43,535 nucleotides of DNA from a virus, in IMG/VR virus record IMGVR_UViG_3300007351_000024; one strand, given 5' to 3'. The notes below the pieces were generated by a model. That model ran no database searches. It saw nothing but the letters and a program-made list of their open reading frames with translations, and was not told where the DNA came from. Shown here in pieces: positions 23,962-31,952 of this stretch. Made by a program: the position numbers and the translations under genes. Each line of letters opens with the position of its first letter. Positions within the stretch are counted from its first letter, which is position 1.

Positions 23962-24326
23962 TGAATAACTCACTTTTAGCGTTCGGTGCTCATTCTCTTG
24001 CTGAAGAAACACAGTCAGAAGATAGGACAGTGGCTCTACGGAAGAGAGAAGAGGAGCTAGTGCGAATCATAAAAGCACTTGATGCGTTAGAAGTGAGTGA
24101 AGCATGGAGTTCTTTGAAAAACGATGTCTTTGAACCCTTACGGAATACTCTTGAGCTCAAGATATTCCAAGAGGCAACAAAGGAGAAACCCGATATGTCG
24201 GTCTTAAATGGTTTGAGAGGTGAATGGACGTGGGCTAAACGCTACGCCGACCTCTCTGTCTTTAGGAACGAAAAGAGGGTTGAACTTATTGGCCTAAGAA
24301 AATCATTGTATGGCACAAACGAATGA
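23961..24326 (+). CDS. Hypothetical protein
   Basis: 121-aa ORF. TAATG junction with the upstream gene (the ATG at 23961 overlaps the upstream taa stop by 1 nt). Confidence 0.55.
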   Translation: MNNSLLAFGAHSLAEETQSEDRTVALRKREEELVRIIKALDALEVSEAWSSLKNDVFEPLRNTLELKIFQEATKEKPDMSVLNGLRGEWTWAKRYADLSVFRNEKRVELIGLRKSLYGTNE

Positions 24327-24732
24327 GGAATCCAACGAGATTCCGGCGACGGTGCGCCCATCGGCTCCTGTACCGCCAGCTCCTCAACAATGGATTATGC
24401 CTCGGCATAAGCGCATTGAAGGAGATGAAGGTTTTTCTTCGCCGGTAGTAAACAGATACCCACAAGTACGTGGAGGCATCTGTGAATACTGCGGGGTTAT
24501 TGACCCGAGATTGCCCTCAACAGAGCAATATAAGCTCTGTGAGCACTATCGCGGACAGGAATTGTTCTGTGTGTATTGCCCGAAAAACGGTACAAACAGC
24601 AGAGAACACATTACTGGACACACAGTGTATAACATTTATGACCATCCAGACGACCCGTCTAAGTTACTGGTCTTCTGCGATGCGTATGAGTGTAATAGGA
24701 AGAACAACGCTCGGTTCAAATTGTCCCGTTAA
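24310..24732 (+). CDS. Cys-rich (putative zinc-binding) protein in the head module
   Basis: 140 aa. The Cys pattern is 'CEYCG...C...CVYCP...C...C'. Confidence 0.55.
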   Translation: MAQTNEESNEIPATVRPSAPVPPAPQQWIMPRHKRIEGDEGFSSPVVNRYPQVRGGICEYCGVIDPRLPSTEQYKLCEHYRGQELFCVYCPKNGTNSREHITGHTVYNIYDHPDDPSKLLVFCDAYECNRKNNARFKLSR

Positions 24733-24734
24733 TC

Positions 24735-24762
24735 GTATTAAGTGATTGACCGTACTTAATAC
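24735..24762 (+). terminator. Hairpin (9-bp stem gtattaagt/acttaatac, 10-nt loop) in the gap before the scaffold gene
   Basis: Read directly. There is no trailing T-run, so it may be an attenuator, a processing site or a regulatory site rather than a strong terminator. Confidence 0.3.
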
Positions 24763-24830
24763 TGTAAGAGGTCTTTCGTGAGCAGTGGTTCGTCGCCCTG
24801 CAAACATTGTTACCAAATAAATCAAACAAT

Positions 24831-25274
24831 ATGACTGAAAATACTACTAATCAACCCGCTTCAACTCCAGAGGAACCAAAAGAACCTTCTAGGAGTGAAG
24901 AGCGGATAACACAGCTCTCTGAAAAAGTTAAAGCGGAAGCTGAAGCGAAAGAGCAAGCCTTGAAAGCACAGGCAGACGCTGAAAAGCGTGCTCAATTTTC
25001 GGAAGGATATGCTGATTTTGTCGTTGCTCATCCAGCTGCTAAAGAGTTTAAGGAGCAGATTAAGGAAAAAGTACTGGCTGGCATGTCTGTAGAAGATGCA
25101 GGATACGCTATCTTAGGAAAAGCAGGAAAGCTCGGAGGTGTTGAAGTCCCACAACCACAAGTTGCAGGAGGTTCAGCGTCCACGACTCCAGCTCCGGCAG
25201 GTCAAAAACCTGTTCAGGAAATGTCCCAAGATGAAAGGCGTGCAGAACTTGCCAAAGCGCTTCAGTGGACGTAA
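24831..25274 (+). CDS. Scaffolding protein (putative)
   Basis: I chose the ATG at 24831 over the TTG at 24807. It is a 147-aa charged helical protein ('EKVKAEAEAKEQALKAQADAEKRAQ') directly upstream of the capsid gene. Confidence 0.65.
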   Translation: MTENTTNQPASTPEEPKEPSRSEERITQLSEKVKAEAEAKEQALKAQADAEKRAQFSEGYADFVVAHPAAKEFKEQIKEKVLAGMSVEDAGYAILGKAGKLGGVEVPQPQVAGGSASTTPAPAGQKPVQEMSQDERRAELAKALQWT

Positions 25275-25299
25275 TAACAGGAATTAGAGAGCCAATAAA

Positions 25300-26394
25300 A
25301 TGGCTTTAACAGCAAGAGGTTCAGGATGGGGTGGCTCGTCAGCAAACACATCGGAACTCCTCGTCGCGTATATTACGGAGAGGATTCGTGCAATGGAACC
25401 AAAACTCGTGTATGCGGGTCTTGGTACTCGTCGAGACGCCCCGAAAGGAACTGACCGAATCCTTTTCCCGCAAGTCAACCAGATTCCTAACAAAATCAAC
25501 ATCGCAGTAACCAGCTCGGTAACGAGCTTCGGTTCTCTCGTTGGTGGTGGCGTTGGTGGTTCTGTGTATGGTGCGGGTGCTTCGGTTGAAGGACAAGCGA
25601 ACATCGCCCCAGGTGCTCCTCGTTCTTCGTCATTAGGTATGGCCGCAATCGCAGAGGGCACAAACCCGACAGCAATTGCATGGGGTGCAACATCATACGG
25701 CTCGGGTCCGTTCCAATACGGCGTAGTCGTAGAAATTACTGACCTTCTCATTCGTGATTCCGCTATTGATACAGTGGACGCATGTTCTGAAGAAGTGCAG
25801 AAAGCATTGGCACGTCAAGTAGATGCGTTCCTTCAGACGGTTGTGAACGCAGGTACGAACGGTGTCATTTACGCAGGTGGTAAGACTTCAAGAACAGGTC
25901 TTGCTTCTGGCGACACCATCACACAAACAGAAATGATTAAGGCCGTTACGTGGATGCGTTCTGCGAACGGTGCTGGTGTTGATGAGTGGGAAGGAGGGTA
26001 TTACGCCGCAGTCATCCACCCAGGTGTCTCTGGCGACCTCATGTCCAACTCTCAAACTGGTGCGTATCAGGACATTGCGCGTTACTCCAACGTTGCCGAC
26101 CTCAAGGAAGGTAAATTGGGTGGTTTCCGTGGTGTTCGATACCTCGAAACAGCAGGTCAGCAATACTACGCCTCAACGGTGAACGTATTTCCGACTACTG
26201 TTGTAGGTAGAAACTCCTTTGGTTGGGGCTTCTTCCAGCAACCGACGCCGTATTTGGTCAATGAACCAGACTCGGCGAACCCGTTGCAACTCTTCACATC
26301 AATCGGTGGGAAAGTAACCTTGGGATGTACTCGCTTTGAGGACAAGCCAGGAGTCTTTCGTGTCGTGCGTGTTGAAAGTGCCTCCACCATATAA
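25300..26394 (+). CDS. Major capsid protein (HK97-fold, putative)
   Basis: 364 aa, directly after the scaffold gene. The N-terminal 'ITERIRAMEPKLVYAGLGTRRDAPKGTDRILFPQ' resembles many HK97-type capsid proteins. The antisense ORFs here are judged spurious. Confidence 0.8.
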   Translation: MALTARGSGWGGSSANTSELLVAYITERIRAMEPKLVYAGLGTRRDAPKGTDRILFPQVNQIPNKINIAVTSSVTSFGSLVGGGVGGSVYGAGASVEGQANIAPGAPRSSSLGMAAIAEGTNPTAIAWGATSYGSGPFQYGVVVEITDLLIRDSAIDTVDACSEEVQKALARQVDAFLQTVVNAGTNGVIYAGGKTSRTGLASGDTITQTEMIKAVTWMRSANGAGVDEWEGGYYAAVIHPGVSGDLMSNSQTGAYQDIARYSNVADLKEGKLGGFRGVRYLETAGQQYYASTVNVFPTTVVGRNSFGWGFFQQPTPYLVNEPDSANPLQLFTSIGGKVTLGCTRFEDKPGVFRVVRVESASTI

Positions 26395-26433
26395 GGTGGC
26401 TATGGTTAGCTCCCAAATCTTGGGGGCTACCAC

Positions 26434-27123
26434 ATGGCTAACTTTTCAGTGCTTGCCGCAGTAACATACACACAACAACTGTGTCAAACAGACTCTAATG
26501 GCATTGGAAGCACGCTAGGTCTTGCGCTCTATAACGATGCTCGAATGGAGTGGACGCGAGACATGCTGAACAAAGGGATGGATGCCGCAGGGTTACAGGA
26601 AGCATATAGAGATTTAACGACGAGCACTCCTAATACCTATACATGGCCGGACGATATGTTTGCTCTTAAGACTATCGAGGTTAATTGGCAAGACACCCAA
26701 GAGCAGAATTACTTACAAGCACGACAGGTTGACGTTGCGAACATTCAATATCGCTCGTTCTCGTGGTTGAGAGAGAATCAGGACCAGCAATTACCTCTGT
26801 TTGATAACCGTGGTAATACTTTTGAGATATTCCCTACACCACAGACCTCTAATTCACAAGGAATCCGTATCTTTTACTTCCTGCAACCTACTGAAGCAAC
26901 GAGTGTGAACGACACTATCCCCTATCCGCAGCTTTTGGACTATCGAACCCTATCTACAAAGATGGCCTCTATGTACTATCGGTCTCAAGAAGACCCAAAC
27001 ATGGCTTCGGTGTTTGAGAATGAGTATCAGCAGAGGATAGGTAAGGTTGTACGTATCGTTGAACAGGGTACACAGCAACCTAAGACACCTACTCCTGTCC
27101 GATTATCAGGGTGGAACTTTTAA
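26434..27123 (+). CDS. Putative head-completion / head-tail adaptor protein
   Basis: 229 aa. The assignment rests only on its position directly after the capsid gene. Confidence 0.45.
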   Translation: MANFSVLAAVTYTQQLCQTDSNGIGSTLGLALYNDARMEWTRDMLNKGMDAAGLQEAYRDLTTSTPNTYTWPDDMFALKTIEVNWQDTQEQNYLQARQVDVANIQYRSFSWLRENQDQQLPLFDNRGNTFEIFPTPQTSNSQGIRIFYFLQPTEATSVNDTIPYPQLLDYRTLSTKMASMYYRSQEDPNMASVFENEYQQRIGKVVRIVEQGTQQPKTPTPVRLSGWNF

Positions 27124-27128
27124 TATGT

Positions 27129-27350
27129 ATGTCATCATGGACAAGTGTAGTTACGCAAACAACAGGAGGATGGGCGAGTGTGGCGAACGCGACAGTTCCT
27201 TCCTCAATCGTTGCGAGAGTTGGAGAGCCAATAGGATTGCTGATGGCTTTGACACATGGAGTAACATCAACTATTACCGGAGTTCCATGGACGAATGTAG
27301 ATATTCAAACAAGCGGAGGTTGGACTTCCGTAGCAACACAAAACACATAA
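27129..27350 (+). CDS. Small Trp-repeat protein (73 aa)
   Basis: It contains two copies of a motif of about 18 aa ('SWTSVVTQTTGGWASVAN' and 'PWTNVDIQTSGGWTSVAT'), mirrored by a DNA direct repeat. The overlapping frame 27125..27361 is also open but looks non-protein-like. Confidence 0.45.
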   Translation: MSSWTSVVTQTTGGWASVANATVPSSIVARVGEPIGLLMALTHGVTSTITGVPWTNVDIQTSGGWTSVATQNT

Positions 27351-27353
27351 TAT

Positions 27354-28400
27354 ATGGCTAACAACATTCCAATCACAGAGGGGCAAGGGCAATCATCTGT
27401 TGCAGCAGAGCAGATAGGTGCTATTAAGTATCAGCAAATTAAAGTTATAGGCGGTGAAACCGGCTCTACGTCCGTCATGGGAGTAAACCCTGACCGTTCT
27501 ATCAACGTCTCTGTTTTGGGAGTAGTAGCAACATCAGGTTCTTCTATTATTGCCGCGACATCGGTAATGGGGGCGAATGATACTGAAACAAATAGTCAGG
27601 CGATGTTCGCAGGAGTGAATAATGGCAAGGTAGTGGGCGTTGTCTATCCAATGGTCTTCAACGGCTCCTCCTGGGGACGAATGAGAGGGGACACTACAGG
27701 TGGACTTATAGTACAGGCAAGGGGCACTTCTTCCTTCATAGGAGTAATAAAAGGTTCTGTTGCAACGGCATTGTTAGACAGCTCTGCTTCTGTCATCACA
27801 GTCTCGCAAAACTCTTCCGTTATTTCCGTCCCCGTTGGTTCCGTCATTACGGTGTGGCAAGACTCTTCGGTTCTTGCTGTTCCAGTAGGTTCTACTATCA
27901 ACGTATGGCAAACTCCTTCAATCGTTGGAACATACGCTGAAGATGCGGCGCACTCTCCAGGGGATAAGGGGGTTTTCCAACTCGGCGTAAGGAATGAGAA
28001 CCTTACATCTGTAACAAGTGCAACGAACGATTACTCGCAATTCACTGTTGGTGCGGCAGGAGAACAAATAATCGCAGATGCTCCATTCACTAAATGGGTA
28101 AGTGGAATTGCAGACCTACGAGTAGTACAAGGAGCTTCAGTAACTGCTATTGCGGCTCAAGGAGCGTCCGTATTTACGTATGTTCGTGAAGTCCAGGTGG
28201 CTAACTTTGGCTCTTCATCTGTTCTTGTGAAGATAGCAGGGGGTCTTGGCTCAACATTGGGTTGGACTATTGCACCAGCAGGAGGTGGTTCTAACTTCAC
28301 TACCCGATACAAAACAGGTGAAAATAGTGCAGTTACTGCCTCTATAAATGGTACTGCTTCTGTATTAGTAACAGTCTCTGGTTTTACAGCGGGTATATGA
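27354..28400 (+). CDS. Fibre/spike-like structural protein (Ser/Val/Gly/Thr-rich with internal repeats)
   Basis: 348 aa. It has repeats such as 'SSVISVPVGSVITVWQDSSVLAVPVGSTINVWQ' and lies in the tail module. Confidence 0.6.
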   Translation: MANNIPITEGQGQSSVAAEQIGAIKYQQIKVIGGETGSTSVMGVNPDRSINVSVLGVVATSGSSIIAATSVMGANDTETNSQAMFAGVNNGKVVGVVYPMVFNGSSWGRMRGDTTGGLIVQARGTSSFIGVIKGSVATALLDSSASVITVSQNSSVISVPVGSVITVWQDSSVLAVPVGSTINVWQTPSIVGTYAEDAAHSPGDKGVFQLGVRNENLTSVTSATNDYSQFTVGAAGEQIIADAPFTKWVSGIADLRVVQGASVTAIAAQGASVFTYVREVQVANFGSSSVLVKIAGGLGSTLGWTIAPAGGGSNFTTRYKTGENSAVTASINGTASVLVTVSGFTAGI

Positions 28401-29119
28401 GAAATCTAGCAACCTCGAAGGGAGAATACGATGAGACACCTTTTGGAATTATAAAGGGAGCGGAGATATTGACATCAGATGATTTACAGTGCATTTCGGA
28501 TTTATCATCCGAACTAAAAGAGAACTTCCTTAAATCTCAAGTTTTTAGAACACGTACTGAAATGGAGATATCAGTGTTAAACGAAGTTAAACACCCAACT
28601 CCTGCATCGAAGTATTGGCAAGCGGTTAGAGAGCAAAATGTTATGTTCCACGAATTGGTGATGTTGTCTTACGACTATCGTAAAAATCTTGTTGAGATAA
28701 AGATGCTACAAAGGGATTTGAAGAAAGAAAAAGACTCTCTCAAGAAGGAGCTTCTTCAAATAGAGATAGATAAAAAGCTATTCCTCTCTAAGAGTCATGA
28801 GAAAATCGCTAAAGATAGGATACGAGAAGTACGCTCTTGGTCTGAAATTAAGCAACGAGAGGCAAAAAAGCTCTCTAAAGAGGAGCTGGAAGATGTTGAT
28901 ACTCACCAGTTAATCTCTTATACCAAGAGGTGGATAAAACAGGCATCAATTCTTACAGCCAACGCCTCTCATGGAGAGAGACAGAACTTGCTTGGTCAAT
29001 TATGGAGCGGAATAGAAGAATGTAATAAAAGAGGACTTCTTTCTAAAGTTCTTGAAGAGTTTGACCACTCAATTCCGATTATCTCTTCTATTACTGAAAG
29101 ATATGTACTGAAGAAATAG
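28397..29119 (+). CDS. Lys/Glu-rich coiled-coil hypothetical protein (AT-rich gene inside the tail module)
   Basis: 240 aa with an ATGA overlap upstream. The sequence includes 'LQRDLKKEKDSLKKELLQIEIDKKLFLSKSHEKIAKDRIREV'. Confidence 0.6.
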   Translation: MRNLATSKGEYDETPFGIIKGAEILTSDDLQCISDLSSELKENFLKSQVFRTRTEMEISVLNEVKHPTPASKYWQAVREQNVMFHELVMLSYDYRKNLVEIKMLQRDLKKEKDSLKKELLQIEIDKKLFLSKSHEKIAKDRIREVRSWSEIKQREAKKLSKEELEDVDTHQLISYTKRWIKQASILTANASHGERQNLLGQLWSGIEECNKRGLLSKVLEEFDHSIPIISSITERYVLKK

Positions 29120-29120
29120 T

Positions 29121-30014
29121 ATGGCAGGTGTATGGTCAGCAGGAGGGGCATTACCAGCCGCAAGAAATTACGGCTCACAAGGTTTTGGTTCACAAACTGA
29201 CGCGGTGCAATGGGGGGGTCGTGATACCGGTGAGGCAAATACGAATACTTCTAATGAATACAACGGTACTTCATGGTCCGCTGGTGGTTCTCTTGCAGAG
29301 ATAATGTCCTTGGCAGGAGGAGCAGGAGTTGGTCAAACTGCGGGGTTGTCTATTGGAGGACAGTGGGCTACAAATCCGTCCACTGTCTGTTATACCTACA
29401 ATGGAACTTCTTGGAGTTCTACAGGTTCTTTGACCGTTGGGAAGTTCTCCCCAGGGGGATGGGGTTCACAATCTGACGCAGGAGAGGCGGGGGGTGGTAA
29501 TGCAGGGCCGCGTAATGAGACAGAGGAGTTTAACGGTACAACATGGAGTTCAGGAGGTAATCTTGCAACAGCAAGAGACCAACCATTTGCTGCAGGCTCT
29601 GGTATTTCGGCAGGATTAGTAGGAGGAGGTACAGGACCACTTGATAGTTGCGAAGAATACAACGGAACCTCTTGGAGCGCGGGTGGGACACTTGCTACCG
29701 CAAGAAAGTGGCCTTACGGGGCTGGACTCCAAACAGCCGCTTTCGCCTCTTGTGGTTTTGGGGCGGCGAATGCATTACTAAGTACTACTGAAGAATATAA
29801 CGGAACCGCTTGGAGTGCTGGTGGAGATATGAATACTGCTGGTGGACAAGGTGCCGCCGCAGGTGCATCTTCGAGCGCTGGATTGGCTACTGGTGGATGT
29901 ACAACATCCGATAATGCCTCTACTGGTCTAACTCGCACAGAGGAATACACTATTGCCGCAGGTGGAGGGGATATATCACGAGGTCTATTTACTCTCTTAG
30001 GAGTAGGAAACTGA
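29121..30014 (+). CDS. Kelch-like six-blade beta-propeller repeat protein (E-Y/F-N-G-T-x-W-S-x-G-G repeats)
   Basis: 297 aa. There are five full repeats of about 45-50 aa beginning (E)EYNGTSWSAGG. An N-terminal half-blade ('VWSAGGALPAAR') and a C-terminal 'TEEYT' strand suggest velcro closure of the propeller. Confidence 0.7.
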   Translation: MAGVWSAGGALPAARNYGSQGFGSQTDAVQWGGRDTGEANTNTSNEYNGTSWSAGGSLAEIMSLAGGAGVGQTAGLSIGGQWATNPSTVCYTYNGTSWSSTGSLTVGKFSPGGWGSQSDAGEAGGGNAGPRNETEEFNGTTWSSGGNLATARDQPFAAGSGISAGLVGGGTGPLDSCEEYNGTSWSAGGTLATARKWPYGAGLQTAAFASCGFGAANALLSTTEEYNGTAWSAGGDMNTAGGQGAAAGASSSAGLATGGCTTSDNASTGLTRTEEYTIAAGGGDISRGLFTLLGVGN

Positions 30015-30015
30015 T

Positions 30016-31668
30016 ATGCCTCAAAAAGACGTACAGACATTGGTAATAAATAACTTCACAGGCCGTCTCACTCGGTTCTTAAATGGTGATTTGAATAGTG
30101 GCTTTGCAAAGTTCTCTACCTCGTTCGGCTATGACCCGTTCTCCAAGCCCTCTAACTTGACGTGGAACTATCAACCTACAGATATCAAAAATCTAGGCAA
30201 GTCTTCCATAACAAGTGTTGGTCTAGCTGGCTTTAAGACTTCTGACCCTTTTTATACTCTCGTTGATGCGGGAGGTAAGGTTTACATTGTTTCAACAAAT
30301 CAATCAACTATTAATGTAGGGGTGTCTGTAACCACTAATGCTCTCTATGACAATGCTTCGCTTATAGCGAATTACAGTACCCTCACTGGCCCGTTTAATT
30401 ATGGTGCTGGAATTGTCCCAAAAGGTACAGGAGAGTTCTATTGGTCTTCTGACAATAACATTCTTGACGTTGAAGCTGATTTATCTGGTTCAAGTGTATT
30501 AGCACAATTTACAAACGCTTCTTCGAGTGTTACGCAAGGAATTCCACATCCTCTTATAGAGTTCTTGGGTAAGTTCTACTACGGTAATGGAAATAACATA
30601 GGAGAAATTGCAAATAATGTGCTCGTAACTGGCTCAAAATTATCACCAGGCCTTCCTAGTGGTATGAGAGTTACTGACCTTGATGTTACTCCAGAGGGGG
30701 ACTATCTTATTATCACTGCAAGTGATTCGGCTAGTCCTCAAAGCCGTGATTATATCGGCCAACTTTCTAATGGTCCTATTAACTATGCTGCTAACTCGTA
30801 CATCTTCTACTGGAACGGCGTTGATGATGGAGTAACGACGTACAAAAAGCTCCCTTCTTTTCCTGCCCAAGCCCTAGAAACGTTCCTCGGCAATCAATTT
30901 ACTTTTATCCAGGATGCGTTTGGCGCGGCCTTATTGGAGGGAAATAAGAAGTTACTTACTCTTCCTAACAATCTACAGCCTACTCCCAATGCTTTAAGTC
31001 CAAATGGCACATTTCTTACCTGGTCATGTGTAGAGGGAACAGGAAGTGTCACGAGCGGAACGGTTCGCTATGAAGACACTTACACTTCGCTCTATTATTT
31101 AGGAAAACTAGATGAAGAAAATCCTACAGGACTGTGGAGAATGTTAAGAATTGCACCTACTTCTGACCAAGCGTACGTCAGTCCCATGAATCAGGTCATA
31201 AACAACTTCTCTCAAATGGGTGATTTGGTAGTTGGCTGGGGGAAACACTATATCTCAACAGAAGAACGTAACTCTCCATATCCTGATACCATTACTCAAC
31301 ACTTTTATCGTTGGGTTTTCTCTCCAGCGGCAAACACTTCTCCTGTTCTTGGAGTCTACGAAACACAAACACAACTCTTTTCTAAGAAAATCCATGTTAA
31401 CCAAGTCCGTGTTTACACGGAGCCAACTGTAGCTAACAATGGATTCCAGATTGACCTCATAGGTTCAGATGGTAGTTCCTTTTACACAGGAAACTACACC
31501 TTTGCGGCAGGAAGCGATGTACAGAGTCTTCAAGGTTCTCTTGAACGTATAAACTTCAACCCCTCTGTAGACGCTGGCTATGCCTTGGGGGTCAGAATCA
31601 CAAATACAGGCACGACAAACATGACGATAAAGAAGATTGAATTGGATATTTCACAAGAAGGAAAATAG
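30016..31668 (+). CDS. Large tail/baseplate-type structural protein (putative)
   Basis: 550 aa. Its ATG lies 1 nt after the upstream stop. The composition is beta-rich and it sits in the tail module. Confidence 0.6.
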   Translation: MPQKDVQTLVINNFTGRLTRFLNGDLNSGFAKFSTSFGYDPFSKPSNLTWNYQPTDIKNLGKSSITSVGLAGFKTSDPFYTLVDAGGKVYIVSTNQSTINVGVSVTTNALYDNASLIANYSTLTGPFNYGAGIVPKGTGEFYWSSDNNILDVEADLSGSSVLAQFTNASSSVTQGIPHPLIEFLGKFYYGNGNNIGEIANNVLVTGSKLSPGLPSGMRVTDLDVTPEGDYLIITASDSASPQSRDYIGQLSNGPINYAANSYIFYWNGVDDGVTTYKKLPSFPAQALETFLGNQFTFIQDAFGAALLEGNKKLLTLPNNLQPTPNALSPNGTFLTWSCVEGTGSVTSGTVRYEDTYTSLYYLGKLDEENPTGLWRMLRIAPTSDQAYVSPMNQVINNFSQMGDLVVGWGKHYISTEERNSPYPDTITQHFYRWVFSPAANTSPVLGVYETQTQLFSKKIHVNQVRVYTEPTVANNGFQIDLIGSDGSSFYTGNYTFAAGSDVQSLQGSLERINFNPSVDAGYALGVRITNTGTTNMTIKKIELDISQEGK

Positions 31669-31669
31669 T

Positions 31670-31945
31670 ATGGACGAGGAAACAAAGAAACAAGTAGTAA
31701 AGATGATAGACGAAGCGGTGAATAAGTACGCTCGTTTTAACAATCGAAAGATTGGCGATACTCCCACAGACGATAACCAGTTAACGCCACGCGGATATGT
31801 GAATCTTTCAGGAGTGAGAGCAGACAGACCGTCTTCACCAGTGCAAGGACAGCAATTTTTTAGTACACAAGACAGATACCCGTGGTTTTACGATGGTGTC
31901 GCATCGTGGGTTTCAGCAACAGGCTCAACTGTAGGAGGCTTATAA
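31670..31945 (+). CDS. Small tail-associated protein (91 aa)
   Basis: I set the start at ATG 31670, 1 nt after the upstream stop. 'TPRGYVN...RPSSPVQGQQFFSTQDRYPWFYDG..W' resembles a motif seen in phage fibre N-terminal or adaptor segments, as I recall. Confidence 0.5.
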   Translation: MDEETKKQVVKMIDEAVNKYARFNNRKIGDTPTDDNQLTPRGYVNLSGVRADRPSSPVQGQQFFSTQDRYPWFYDGVASWVSATGSTVGGL

Positions 31946-31952
31946 TACACGT

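Noticed and set aside
25284-25751. 155-aa minus-strand ORF, plus other antisense ORFs at 25339-25696 and 25888-26390, inside the capsid gene
   Set aside because: They are antisense to a well-supported capsid gene in a GC-rich stretch where stop codons are rare. Their composition is Pro/Arg/Thr-rich and junk-like.
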